A stretch of DNA of 64,000 nt. Origin: Eledone cirrhosa (taxonomy: Eukaryota). How positions within the stretch are numbered: the first letter of the stretch is position 1; every line of letters starts with the position of its first letter. The stretch is from positions 86,552,001-86,616,000 of the forward strand of contig OZ024742.1 of the NCBI GenBank assembly GCA_964016885.1. Reading direction: 5' to 3'. Below the pieces are notes generated by a model. The model had not been told where the DNA came from, ran no database searches, and saw nothing but the letters and a program-made list of their open reading frames with translations. A program made the translations under genes and the position numbers. Positions 41,163-55,756 of this stretch are shown piece after piece.

Positions 41163-44100
41163 CGGAACAAATACCCTAGAAATCATTACCCCCAGAATGA
41201 CATTTACATCTTTCCACCTTCAAGGAGATACCATACCAAATCAGTCAACTACTACGCGGATGCTTCATCGTCAAACAGGGAAAAGATACCACTAGCATGA
41301 CAGATATAAAAACTTCCCCGCCACAATTGGTAATTTCCATTTCGCAACTCTCGGTTCCACAATACACAAAAAACCCACACCACACGATACAACCAACAAT
41401 ATAGGCCACCTATAACACCACAATCCAACATAGGAAATAGAAACACACATCCATACTCGCAATACAGGAACACCCCATTCATTCCACATCCACGAACCCG
41501 AACCACATTTTACAACAACAAGGAATATAACAAACACAGGATACCACTTACCATCAGCAGACAACCCCTCTACCCGAACCAATTTTAGACAGCACACATA
41601 TACAGGCAAACAAAATAACACAAGACAGGTAGGAGAAACCGGGAGTAATAAAAATTATCAATCTAACTAGTGCAGAACCAACTCCCAACCTTAGCAACTT
41701 ACTCTCCAAAGGGCTTAAATTCACACAGACCCCATGCGTCAAAATTACTATGAAATGAAGGAAGACATCACAGAATTCTGTTGAAAGTTACGACTCAGTG
41801 AAGAACTATTCGACCAGTACAATGAAAATGAATCATTAGCCAGAAATAGAAGCAACTACACCCCATCAAAAGATAGATATAAATCCTGGACGAATTCTGT
41901 GAACACATCACAAACTTCCTTTGACAAGACTTGCACAGACAAAAACACAAGCCAAACCTCAACAAGAAGGAATGAGCAGAATTACATAGATTAAACACCG
42001 ACAGAACTATTACAATTAAAGAGGCTAATAAAGAGAGTGCAGTAGTCCTAATGGAGAAATAATTCTATATCAACTTAGTGCTCTCCTCTTTGGAAAAGGA
42101 AACATACAACGAAAAGGCTGAACACTACACTCAACAGAAAATTATGAGAAACATAAAAACTCTGATCAACCAATACAAAGAAGGACTCACTAACTAGGAA
42201 TTCAGCTTCATCACAGATTTCACAAGTAAATCCAGCCTTTTCTTCGGTATCCCTAAAGTAAATAAAGCGAATTAATAAGTAAGGCATGCAAGACCTATAA
42301 TAGCAGACCCCGCTTGCGAAACCCACCGTTATAGCAACTTCATTGATAGCCTTCTCAAGCATTTTTTCAAACACATTAAAAGCTATATAAGGGACGACCT
42401 AGATATGCTGAACCACCTCCCTAATATACCCCTTACTGAACAAACCCTACTAGTGACGTTCGATGTAGTCAACCTATACTCCAACATCCCCCACAACCTA
42501 CGGATAGAAGCTATGCAATTGTGGCTGGATAATCATCACAATGAACTCTCACAACGCATCAACAAATAATTCGTGATAGAGGACTCAAATTTATCTTGTA
42601 GAATAATTACATCGTTTTCAATAACAAATTCCACAAGCAGAAATCTGGGACCGCTATGCGAACGAAAACGGCCCCCACTTATGCCAACCTTGTCATGGGA
42701 TACCTGGAAATCACCTTCTACACTAAAGTACTAAACAAATTTGGAAACACTCTCCACTTACATATAGACAAGAACTGGAAGAGATATCTAGATGAGTGCT
42801 TCATCCTTTGGCACGAAAACATCGCGAAACTTAAAGAATTTCACACCCTTATAAATGGGCTCAACACGAATATTAATTTTACAATGGAATACAGCCATCA
42901 ACAACTCACCTTCCTCGACATCCTCATTAAGATTCATAGCAACAAAATGGAAACAGACATATACTACAAGCCCACAGACTCCAAGCAATATCTTCCTTTC
43001 AATTCATGCCACCCTAGAGACGCTAAAATTAGTATTCCCTACAACTTAGCCACGATAATCTGTACTATAGTTTCCAATAAAAACACCCGTTACTTACGGC
43101 TACAGGAACTAAATGACACACTCATAATCAGAGACTATATTTCATCACTAATTGACAATGGAATCCAACGTGCCCTAATACTCAGTAACATGACCTTAGA
43201 CACCCTAAATTAAATCAACCGAAACTAACATTTCTTCCATACATCTCCACACACAAACCCCTCAACAATGAGGCCTTTGACACCATCCTCCAGAAAATCC
43301 CTGTGTTAAAGAAGGACCATATAATGAACCAAATCCTTTGAACACACGATATCATAAAGCGCAAAAGACAATCTAAGTCAATGAAAAACATCCTAACAAA
43401 TGCCAAAGTACTGCCAACCACAACAACGAAACCCACAGCAAAACAATGCAATAGACTCAACTGTGGCATATGCATCAACCTAATAGAGGGTTTGGAATTC
43501 TATTTAAAACAAGGAAAACGTTTTATAGTAAAACACAATTTCACATGCGCATCAGAAAACATAATATATGTATTAACTTGCTCAGGTTGTCGAGAAAAAT
43601 ACATAGGCCAGATTAAAAACAGCCTCCACCAACGCATGACTGTCCATAGATCCCAAATCAAAATACGGCAATACAGAAAAATACCACTGAGTGAACATAT
43701 TCGTACCTGTGCCGCTCCAAATCATCCCAACTTTAGAATCTTTCCCTTCTACAAATTTAAAGATGCCACCCACATCCAGCGCATCAGCAAGGAATCTCAC
43801 TTTATTAACAAATACCGACCCCGTCAAAACACTTCTGGCTAAGACTAACCCACAACATACACACGTCAACATACATACCTACATCAGCATACATCCTACA
43901 TACATTTCTATCCACATATAAACACAAAGACATACGTAAACACACATGTTCTATGGTGCAACATAAATATACTCACATTCGCACACCTTTTGATGTTTAT
44001 AGATATACACGTGCTGACACGCACACATTCACATACGCAGATATGTATTGCACATTGATGTGTGCATACATATTTGTACACAAGTATACCATACGGCAGG

Positions 44101-44668
44101 GCCGAATGGATTCCCCTTGCAGTACGTACAATCTGGACACTCACACACACCTTGGTGTTATGACAATACTATATATCATTTCACCTCTTTTATTATTGAT
44201 GTTATTGATTTTCTTTTGAGAGAATCGTTTTTGCATATGACTGAAAATATCGAATAATGTGCGCCATTTTTACCAGTACCACAAAAATACTGGCCCATGC
44301 ACCCCCACACATACATACACACACCCACACACACATACATACATACGCGTACACTAACACACACACACTTCTCCGTATAAGACAAGAGCTGAAAAATATG
44401 TTTCAACATGTTAAAATAACTCCACCACCACCACCACCACACACACACGTACACACACATTCCTACTGACCAATTCATTCTCATTATCACAACAATGAAC
44501 CACTCTGCCACTCACACACACATATTTGTCTTAATAGACACATGAACTGTTGACCTTTCAACATGGCTGCAACTCACACACATACACACACATCCCTACT
44601 GACCATTATCACAACATTGAACTACTTTACTACACGCACGCACACACACACACACACACACACACATG

Positions 44669-44705
<37 letters not shown>

Positions 44706-44845
44706 ACACACACACACATACAGACACACAAACACACACACACACATATGTGTCTTACTAGACATCTTTTTCAGTGACTTCTCAACATGACTGTAACTCA
44801 ATCAAGCGGAAAAGGGCACTCTTCGAGAAACCTACATTTGTTTCA
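41161..44845 (+). mobile_element. Penelope-like element (Neptune-like), decayed RT + GIY-YIG
   Basis: LLSKGLKFT, FDVVNLYSNIP, GTAMRTKTAPTYANLVMG, WKRYLDEC, FLD, YYKPTD, SCHP; then ORF 43381-43842 FTCASENIIY...C..C...YIGQ...R...H. 3' boundary approximate. Confidence 0.88.
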
Positions 44846-44846
44846 A

Positions 44847-47800
44847 GGCTTCGTTGCTTACTGTTTTTTCCTGACTTTGTGCGATGCTTGGAATGTAGAC
44901 AAAGCTTTATGTAGACAGTTTTAGAATAATTCACTTTTTTTTGTTAATTAAGTTTTCATAATTATTAATTATTAATAGAGTCTTCTTTGTACAGAGGCCG
45001 CAGTTAATACCTAGACAGCCACGGATTAATTTTAATGATCACAAAAGAAACCTCGAGGAAGACCTGGCAGTTAGACTGATTGCTCCATCCAAATATGATA
45101 TTGGAGTAACCGGTAAAAATATTATTGATATAATTCTACCTGCTCTGAAATTGAGGTCTAACTTGAGCTTGTGAAAAGATACAAACGAAGTCATTGAATG
45201 GTATAAGAATAAAGATAAGAAAAACCGTAAATTCATCCAGATGGACATAACAAGCTATTATTCTTCCGTAACGCCCAACCTACTAAATAAGGCTCTATCA
45301 TACGCTTACAAGCATACTGATCTAACTACGCATGGAATTGATATCATATTAACAGCTAGAAGAACTCTTATTAACTTCGACAATGAGTAATGGACCCGCT
45401 CAGATAGAAATAGAAACTTTGATATTACCATGGGGTCATCTGATTCAGCGCAAATCACAGACCTTCTGGGGGATATTCATATTAAATATGATAAATAGAA
45501 AACTGCCGGAGATTACTGGTGGTTTATATAGGGAGGATATTTTATTTACGGTTGTCAAACACAACAATATTGAACTAAATAGAGTAAAGGAAAATATAAT
45601 GTAATTCTTTAAAATGTATGACCTTAAGCTAGAAGTAGAAAGTGGTACCAAAATAGTTAATTTCCTTGATGTTACGTTTAACTTAAACTCTGGTTTTTAT
45701 TACCCTTTCCATAAGCCCAATGAAAACTTAAATTACGTTAGTTATTACTCCAATCACCCTAAGTCAGTGAAAAAAGCAATTGTAAGTAGTGTACAAAACC
45801 GCATTAATAGAATATCTGCCAATAAAGCAATATTTGATAAAAATGAAAGATATTACAATGAAGCGCTAAAAAGAGCAGGTCATGGAAATAATATAGAATA
45901 TGTAGATAATAATAATCCAAGTTTTAATCCTGATAAAAATAATGGCATATATAAACGAAATTCTATAAATTATAGTAATTATAATTCAAACACATATACT
46001 GTGAACAAATCGAGGAAAATAACCAGAACTAAATCAGTTATATGGTTTGCCCCCCCCCCCTGCTTATGTAGCAGTAAGAACACCAATAGCTAATCTATTC
46101 TTTAAGGCTTTGGATAGCTCTTTCCCTAGTCAACATAAATACCATTCCATTTTTAATAGACACACTAGTAAATTATCTTATTCTACAACTATGAATATGG
46201 CCCAAAACATTGCTAAAATAAACAGTAAAATTCTAAATCAAAATCAACATAATGATATTAATAATATTGTTAACATAAATAATAATAAATCAAAATGTAA
46301 TTGTATAAATAAACCAAATTGCCCTCTGCAAAATAATTGTTTGGATAGTATTTTGGTGCATAAATGCACCGTAAAAAAAGATAAAAACACATACAACTGC
46401 ATAGGAACGACTTCTTCTACATTTAAGGCTAGATTTGCGAATCATAAATTCTCATTCTCGAATTCTAATAGGAAATCTTCGACCTCTTTATCACAGCTTA
46501 TATGGTCATTAAAAGACAAACATTTAAAATACTCGATCTTTTGGACGAAACTTTGTAATAGTGGAGTTTATCTCAACTCAAGTATATCAATTAACTGCGG
46601 CCTCTGCACAAAGGAGACCCTATTAATAATTAATAATTATGAAAACTTAATTAACAAAAGAAGTGAATTATTCTCAAACTGCCTTCATAAAGCTTTGTCT
46701 ACATTCCAAGCCTCGCATAAAGTCAGGAAAAAACAGTAAGCAACCAAGCCTGGTTTTAGACGTACATCATCAACTGCTGAACATATCAATCATAACGGCT
46801 TAAAAAACTTTAATAATGCTTTATCTTCTGATCATTTATAGTGGAACTAATGTTTCAATGAGTGACACTTGTTTAATAACTTGTTTGCTGGATAGATATG
46901 CATAACCTATGGTTTTTTGGATATTTTTAACTTTGATTCAGATCTTTATTTTTCTATCTCTGTTTTAAATATATCGTTTAGATATCTAACCTGTAAATTT
47001 AACTGACTTTAATTTGAACTGTGCATCATTGATGCGTTTACATTTATATATATATGTATATATTTCTATATATATATATATTCTTTTACTCATTTTGAGA
47101 TGGTTTTTGAGGACGCAGTAAGTTGGTTTTGCGCTTTGATTTTTATGTATATTCAAGAAACTATATTAGCAGACAAATATTGGTTTATCTCTCCACTGAA
47201 CTGGACGTAGAACTACTAACAGTGTTTGTAATCGCTATTTTTATTGGATATATACCGTCTCATTAATATATAGTATAATTTGTGCAAATATATTTATCTA
47301 GTATAATAACATCGTAGTTACACATATATGAAACAAAGATTATAATCATTATTCTTTAGTAAATGTATAAGGTTTCTTTAATACATAGTATATCTCTAAA
47401 TATAGTTTGTACAAATATACTTATATTGTATAATAACATAATCATAGTTACATTTGTATAAAACTAATAACAATGATTATAATTACGATTTTTATTAAAT
47501 GTTTACCCTTTCATTAATACCTAGTACATCTATATATAGTTTTATACACATATTTGTATCTAGGATAATAACATAATCATAGTTACATAGATAATGTAAA
47601 CACCCAAATGACATTATTACAAGTGTTTGGTCTTCCCTAGAAGGTCGAACTTATATAATCATTTACTTAATATAATATATGAACTAATAATAAATTATAG
47701 TTCGGTTTTCCCTAGAAGGTCGAACTTATATAATCACTTACTTAATATAATATATGAATAAATTATAAATTATAGTCCTGGTATTATGAGCAATACACAC

Positions 47801-48774
47801 ATATCTATATATATATAGCTGAAAACTCTGACCTCTTTACGTTTAATTATAATACCTGCTAATACTTTAGACACTGTAACTATTTAACAATAAATTCCTT
47901 AATATCTATAACTGTAAATATATCATCAATTATATTATAGAAAATGTTGTCAGTGTTATAAGTAATTTTGTTAAAATTACCTTTGTGGGAATATTGAACA
48001 TTATATGTATATTTTGTTTATTTCGCGGGCTTCGTAAATCCTTTAAATTTGTCTTCATAACATTTGAAATTTAGAAATTTAACATAATATTATATTATAA
48101 TATTAATACAAATACCCATCCACTTTTAAAACCTAAAATGTTGATTCTTTACTCTGAAATCACATAAATTAAATATTTTTAAATTTAACCGCCAAAGCTA
48201 TATATGTTTATGTGTTTCTAAAGACATTTGAGCATAAATTACTCCCCTTTGTCTCTCCCTCTCTTTAATTATCTGTCATTTGTCTTCTCAAGTAAAATAC
48301 TAAATAAGTTATAACTTCAGATACGTCTTCCTCTATACTTTCCTCTACCGCATAGTTTTATAGTAGTATTTCAAATTTTAAAAATTATATAACTGTTGCA
48401 TTAAGGCAATGTTTTTTTTACTCACACTCTCTCTATTGATTCTATTACGTTTTCTCATGTTCTCAATATTAGGGTATAAATATTGAGTTTTCTCATGAGT
48501 TAATCAGTACCTTGATTAAATCTTAACCATCTAACATGTCAGGGTATGTCATGTATCATTTTATTTTATCTGATGAGGACGTACTGTTGAACTTAATTCA
48601 GTACCTCTGAAATATGTATAATAAAATTTAATTGATCACAAGAATATCTATTTTGTTAATATTTGAATTAATATTAATATTACTAACTCTGGAAAATATC
48701 ACCTGTAGAGTGCCTCCAATCTACTGTAAAACTCATTATTTGATGTGCTCATTGAATCTTGTTTAACACTTTAA

Positions 48775-48836
<62 letters not shown>

Positions 48837-48995
48837 CATTTATTAAAATAACAGATTAAAGTTTAATCAATGCACCAATTCTTTGCGTAAATTTTAATCT
48901 GTTATTTTAATAAATATTTTCTCTACGGTTCTTATATATTTGATATATATTTATCCTTATAGAGCACCTCTTTGGGTTTTAGTCTTCAAATTTAT
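44847..48995 (+). mobile_element. AT-rich Naiad-like Penelope element with a short 5' inverted segment
   Basis: RT pieces (FIQMDITSYY, FDITMGSSDSAQ, GLYRED, VNFLDVTF, YYPFHKPN, SNHP) and GIY-YIG ORF 46047-46739. 44847-45009 is an inverted copy of ~46590-46750. Long AT-rich pseudo-LTR follows. Confidence 0.88.
48558..48628 (+). ncRNA. Hammerhead-like motif in the pseudo-LTR
   Basis: ATTTTAT-CTGATGA-GGACGTACTG...CAGTACCTCT-GAAA-TATGTATAATAAAAT; homologous to 28676-28731, with an insertion in the stem II loop. Confidence 0.65.
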
Positions 48996-49001
48996 TATTA
49001 C

Positions 49002-49050
<49 letters not shown>

Positions 49051-49895
49051 GTTCTTTGACTCCCAGTTATTGATGTTATTTAACTAAAAAGTTTGTTGAA
49101 ATGAATATCAAGCCGTTTCCTGCAGCCTCAAATATTCAGGACGTACAGGAGAGTTTTTGCTGTTCCCAGCAAGCATGCCTTTTGAAGTGTTCCAAAAAGC
49201 GGGCCTGGCTAACTTTCTTTAACCATCCTTGTAAACTCTTTGAGATAGTACCTAGTGCGCCTATGACAATCGGGACGACTCTGACTTCATGTCAGTTCCA
49301 AATCCTTTTTACCTCCCAAATTAAGTCCTGGTAGGGGTTCCTTTTTTGCTTCTCCTTTTCTTGCACTCTCGTGTCAAATGGGCAGGCTACATCTACAATC
49401 AGGCACGATCTTTTTTCCTTGTCCAAAACCACCAGGTCAGGCCTATTGTGTTCCAGTTTCTTATCCGTCTGTATCCTAACATCTGATAGCACCTTCACCT
49501 GATCGTTTTCTATCACCGACTCTGGCTTGTGCTCATACCACTTCTCAGAATGTGGTAAATTGTTTACTTTGCATAGGTTCCAGTGGATCACCCTGCCCAT
49601 CACATCATGTCTCCAGCCTTTATAGTGAGTCTAGGATAAGTGTCTACACTCGGATACAATGTGAGCCACAGTCTCCTCTCTCTACACACACAGATCCTAC
49701 ACAGTGGGCTAGCCTCCTCCTTATAAATATGGTGTTTCACTCACATCGTCTTGTGTGCCTCCTCTTGCGCGACCATTAGCATTCCTTCTGTAGCCATTTT
49801 AAGGTCCCATTTTTTTAACCAGTTCCATGTCTGTGGATCTCTAAATTCAGTTTTCTCAAAGAAGGTACTATGAAAGGATTTGTTATGAAGGTTGC

Positions 49896-49896
<1 letters not shown>
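49051..49896 (-). mobile_element. 5'-truncated R4/Dong copy
   Basis: Minus strand: HSTFFEKTEFRDPQTW, HNRPDLVV, DVACPFD, same 3' UTR; (ATT)n on both sides. Confidence 0.92.
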
Positions 49897-49951
<55 letters not shown>

Positions 49952-49953
<2 letters not shown>

Positions 49954-52900
49954 TGGCAACCTACGGAGTAAATCGTATCATCGTGAGCTCCGTAAAGTTT
50001 TGTTGTTTTTAGTTGTTTAAAATTGCCATTTATGGAGAAAAATATGTGTTAAGTGTTTATAAGGTCACATATATTGCTTTCGGAAAAGGACACTCAAAAA
50101 GATCGGGGCCTTTTATAATTATCAAACAAAAATCTCTTTGAAAAAATCATGGACGACTCACAACTACACCAAGCTTACGGACTTCCTCACAAACTAACAC
50201 ATCACACCAACCCCACCATTGTAAATATTACTACGTTTGCCAACACTAACAATATAAGCAGTACCAACAATTTAAATGTATCTCATGCAGACATTCATTT
50301 CCCGCCATTACCAAAAACTGCATATGTTAAAGCCGCCACACCCACCATCACCACAGGGACAAGAGAAACAAAAGAAAAAATAAATTATTATCTCGTGACA
50401 TCGAAATGGATTCACACAAAATCGACTCTTCCACGCCGAACACCACTGATGGAACCCCCACCGCAACTGAAACTAAAAATAACAATAACAAAAATAAAAT
50501 AACAACAACAGCAACAGCAACAATGAAAATAACAACAAAGACATCAACACCACCGTAAATGTGTCGTTTGCCAAGGCAGCCAATAAATGCGAAACAATCG
50601 AGGTAACTCAGGAGGAATTAAATGAAGCCAAGAGAATGGTAAAGAAAGATGGGCACAGGTCGGCCTCCCCCCCCCATATAATAAATTAGAGTATCGGCGC
50701 CTATGCACCGTATCTTATCGGACGATTAACACAAAATCGCGCGGAGTGGAACGGGCATGCGAGTCCCAAATCTAAAAAGCTTTGGGATGTGTGGGGGCGG
50801 AAAATAACCCACATCAAACGTGGGCTGAAATATGGAACCGTGGACGTGTTCTTTGGAACACCACAGGACTCTAGAGAGTACTCAATGGTCCCATTAAGAA
50901 GCGACGCCTTCACACTCGTCCCAAGCTATTGTGGCCAGAGTCTCGTGAAGATCAGAGTGACCCACGTTCCACCGGCCCTCAACATTCCCTGGCTAATGGC
51001 TGCCGTCCTCGCCGGCATCGAGGCCAACACCAAAATAATTGAAATATCAAAAGAAAAGCAGGAGAACTTGCTCGGATCTAGGTTGGAGCTCCGGATCCAA
51101 GCGGACCAAAAAAAGCATTGAGGAATTCCCAAAGGTAATAGACCTCACAGACGGCAGCCACCTCACCTTAATCGTCGAGGGTAAAAGGCCTACGTGTATC
51201 GTTTGTGGTGAAGGAACCCACCTAAAGGGTTTCTGTCCTCAGGCTAAAAAGTTGGGGCCACCTCTCATACCCACCCCAGTGACTCAACCATCAACAACAC
51301 CAGTAGCAGAAATGGCAGCAACAACTGTAGCAGCAACAACAGAAGCAACTATAGCAGCAACAATCCCAGCATCAGTAGCAAAACCAACACCACCACCACC
51401 CACCGCGCCAAAACTAGCAACAGCGTCTCCACCATCCATTACGCCATAATCAAAACCAACGCATGTGGAGGATTTTCCACTCCCCGACATATCGCAACTG
51501 GAGACAGATTGTGACGACAAGGAGTGGGAAACTGTATCAGGAAAAAAAAAAGAAGCCAAAAAAGAAAAAAAATCCTCTTCCTTCCCCCTCCAAAAACAAA
51601 ATACAGTGTGAAACAAATAAACTATCAAACAAAAAGGTTAGGACAGCTATGCCACCATCCACACCATCATCACCAACCCCATCACCACAAACACCAACAC
51701 CTTCACCATCATTAACCCCAACACAACAACATGAAACAGAAACAAACCACAACAAACGCAGACAAAACAAAACAACCAAAACGATACACACTACACACCA
51801 TTAAATTTGAACAACAACTAATTATTACACTACATCCAACACAGCACCAGCATCACAGAATCAGACTACACAACACCCCAAAAGTTCACACCACCTCCAC
51901 ACATACAAATCACTCGCATCACACAAGCACGCTCCAGGAGGATTTATAAGGACATCCTTCCGGAGGATGGCCACAAGCAGTGAAAAGGATGGAAAAACCA
52001 TCCTTCCTCTACGAGAAGTAAGGTAAGTGGTCTTTCCCATCCTTTCCACTCCATGTCAACATGACTCACTCAGAATAGGCAGCATAAATGCGCGTGGCTT
52101 GGGGTCGTCAATGAAGCAGAACCACCTGATCAACTACCTCAGGTCACTAAACATAGATTTAGTGGCCATCTGCGAGACCAGAATCTCTGAAGCACGGGCC
52201 TTCACACCGATCTTCGGCGGCTACAATGTGTACGCATCTCCCAGCCGTACCGGATCGAGTGTAAGAGTTGCTGTGCTTTTTCGGAGAGGTTTGGATCTCG
52301 CCATACGGGCCATGTTCCTTGACTCAGAAGGTAAGTTGGTGGTGCTGGACGTGACCAGCGGAGACGGGCAAGCTTTCAGGCTAGTGGTCGTCTATTCCGC
52401 GATAGGAGTAGGGCGGCCTGATTTATTTCGGCGTTTGCAGAACTTTCTTGGAATGTCCCGCTATTTAGAGTTAGTGGGCTACTGGAACGGGATCTTAGAT
52501 GCACGCTGAGACTGTGTGGGATTACCGGATAGGGGAGGAGGGTGCAAGAGCCTCACCAACCTGTTCAGGCGTTTTGAACTGTCTGACAGCTACCGATTGG
52601 ATTTCCCGAATGTGCCAATGTGATCTAGGACAAACCGCATCGGGTCATCCAGATCATATCTAGGTATAGTATTTTGTAGGGAATATATAGGTCTAGCATA
52701 GGCTGTCCACAATTCAAGATAGTCAGCTACACGGACCACAAATTCCTGATCAGTGTGGTTGACTTAGATAGGCTTCATAGACAAGGACCCGGCTACTGGA
52801 AGCAAAACGCGTCCTTGCCAGCGCGCAAGGGCTACAGAGACCGGATTAGCGAACTAGTTAAGCGGGCGTTGACGGGGGCCATCGGCAACAAGTGTTGGTT

Positions 52901-55723
52901 TGCTCTGAAAAGAGCGATTAGAATAGAGTCCATTAGGTTTAGTAAGGCTTTAGCTACAGAGAAAAATAGAGCAGGGGGAGAACTAGTTAGAAAATTAGAT
53001 GAGGGGCGCTTAGCAAAGGCATCGCGACCGACGTACTTGCGGCGAAATTGGCCCTTGAACAATTCTTCAATGCAAATCACGAAGGCTGCGTTGTCAGAGC
53101 TGGGTGAGAGCTCCTAGACGCGAGGGGCGAAAGCCATTCAATGGGCCCGAGTGGCGGAGGCGCGTCGTGGCAACAAAGCCACGATCCTGTCTTTGATGGA
53201 CCACGACAGGCGCATGCTAATCGATCCCGGGCAAATGTATGAAGCTTTTCAGCGACAATTCGCTCAGCTATTCGGGGGTAGCGGCGTGCCTAAACGAGTG
53301 ATTAACTTTAGTGTCTACCTCGACGAACTGCCGCGGCACTAGGGTACTGAGGCAGAGTGTTGCGAAAAGCCGAGAACAGCCGCTAAAGTACGGGAGGCAA
53401 TGACTGGCTGCACATGGGGTAAATCGAGTGGTTTGGATGGCATGCACTATGAACTTTACGTACAGATGCCAGACTTGTGCGGAGGGCTCTTCGCGGACGT
53501 CTACTGTAACTGACAACAGCACGGGAGAATTCCCAGCTCTGTGAGACGAGGAGCGGTGGCGCTGCTGAGAAAGTATCCGAACAAGGGGGATAACATAGAT
53601 AATTTCAGGCCCATAGCTCTGATAAACACAGAGTTCAAGATTTTGGCAAGGTGCTAGCAAAGAGGTTGTCGCTTGTCGTTGGTGGTCTGGTGAGAGAGGC
53701 TCAGACATACGCCATTCCCAACAGATCCATCCACGACAACCTCCACCTCATGCGATACATCGTTGAGAGGGTAGCTACGGAACCTGGCACGGGTGGGTCC
53801 TTGATCTATTTAGATGAGTCGAACGTTTTCGATACCGTCGACCAGCATTATCTAGCGGCAGTCCTGAGAGCGGCTGGCTTTGGGCCCGTCTTCAGAGGAT
53901 GGATCGCTGCCATGCACAGCGACATCTCTGTGGTGAGAGTGAACGGTCACCTTTCAGCACCGTTCAACAGCATGCGCTCAGTCCTCCAAGGATGTCCCCT
54001 CTCGTCCCTCTTGTATGTATTGAATCTCAAGCCATTACTGCACAAACTGGAGACGTTGAGGGGGGTCCCGCGCCAACTAGGATGCGGAAGATCCGTGTCA
54101 GCACATGCGGACGATGTCACCGTAGTGATGTCGAACTCCAAACACATCGAGGCGATCGGCACTACACTAAGAGAATACGAAGCGGTGACAGGAGCAAGGA
54201 TCAACCAGGAAAAGTCAGTGGGCCTGCAGCTCGGCACCTGGAGAGGCAGGTTCAAACCGTCCAACAGCGTCGCCGGATGCTGTACGGACGGACTGGTTAA
54301 ATTGCTAGGGGTCTGGTTCGGTCCGATCCTCCAAACGGACAAAAATTGGGACAAGGTGACGAGCAGAGTGGCTTCTCTCACCTAGAAATTGGCGGAGTGG
54401 AAGCTATCTCTGAAAGATCGAGCGGATGTGCTAACACGTACATCGCGTCCGTCATCTACTACCGCCTGACCGTCGTAACTTGTCGTAAGCTTTACATGAC
54501 TGCGCTGGATCGTTTGCTCTTTCGCTTTTTGTGGAAGGGACGCGCTCCGATGGTCAGGAGGTCCATCTGCTGTCAACACCCGCTACGTGGAGGGCTGGGC
54601 ATGCTGTGGCTGATGATGCGCATACACGCGCTCAGGTAACAACATCTCCACCTCTTCCTCGACGGTGATCAGGTGTGGTCGCCGTTTGCTAGACGCGTCT
54701 TTTCCCAGCCTGTCTCCTTGACGGAGCTGCAGTCCTGGGTCAAGAGAAAACCGAGAGGGAGCGCTTGGAGACTGGTATGTCTTCAGGCGCTTACAGCCCT
54801 CGACCAATCGGGCAATGTGATCGGTGGAAACTTCACCTTGGCGTTCTATAGAGGATTAGTGGAGGGGAAGAGTGGCGATGTACTTTAGGAAACTCTAGGT
54901 GTCGACGAAAATCAACTAGCCAATCTCTTCGGAAGAATTTTCTGGACGGGGCCTATGGACAACTTCCAGAAATCCCTGGCCTGGCAGTGCTACCGAAGAG
55001 CTTTGCCAGTTCGGGATAAACTCTACAAGCATGGAGGTGCCGACAGCTGGGTATGTCCGAGGTGCGCGCAGGGCGACGAAACCATCCTGCACTCATTCGT
55101 CCAGTGGCCGAACATTGCTGAGTTGTGGGTTTATGTCGAACACCTGCTGTCGCGTGTAGGACAGTTCCAGCTATCAGCTGAGTCCATCGTGAGGATTGCC
55201 CCGCCCTCTTCCTTTAGCCGGGAAGGGCAGGCAATTTCTATCTGTCTGGTGGCCATGGCGATGAAATAGTATGGTGGACACGTTTGAAAGGGCTGAATAC
55301 AAGGGCTGAAAGGGCTGAATTGGTGATGCCCTGACTAACTTTTTCAAATTTCATTTGAAAAGGAAAATCAGGGTAGAGAGGGAAGTGCTCTCTTTCCAGC
55401 ATTTTGTTGGAAGATGGCTGAGAGAGGCAATAATGGCCCGATTGAATGGGCCTACTCTGTGTATGTGTCTGTAAATTAAAGGTAGAAAACTGGGAGAGGG
55501 CACTTGCCCTGGTGGTCAGTGTCACTGTGGTTTTTTAATGGGCTTTCTCCACCAATGTGTCTCGGAATTATCCCCCCTATTGGGGAATTTTTCATTGTTA
55601 TTTTTTTGTTACATCCTCTGTTTTTGTTTTTTACCCGCAGAAATGACCATTTGTAGCGTCCTGTATTGTTCTGTACTTTCCTTAATGTCTACTTTATGTA
55701 AACCCTTGTGGTTAATAAAGAAA
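49952..55723 (+). mobile_element. Full-length decayed Tx1/L1-group retrotransposon (ORF1 gag-like, ORF2 APE-RT)
   Basis: ORF1 zinc knuckle CIVCGEGTHLKGFC; APE SINARGL..ICETRI, GYWK.NASL; RT FRPIALINTEFKILA, QGCPLS, HADD; C-terminal CPRC...ETILH; AATAAA just before the 3' (ATT)n. Confidence 0.88.
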
Positions 55724-55724
55724 G

Positions 55725-55755
<31 letters not shown>

Positions 55756-55756
55756 G

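Noticed and set aside
44800-44846. Possible hammerhead of the 41-44 kb PLE
   Set aside because: Only GAAAC...GTTTC pairing; the CTGANGA box is not recognisable.
45160-45180. In-frame TGA in the AT-rich Naiad-like RT as selenocysteine
   Set aside because: Falls at the conserved Trp of the N.WK.T motif in a copy with other stops; ordinary decay.
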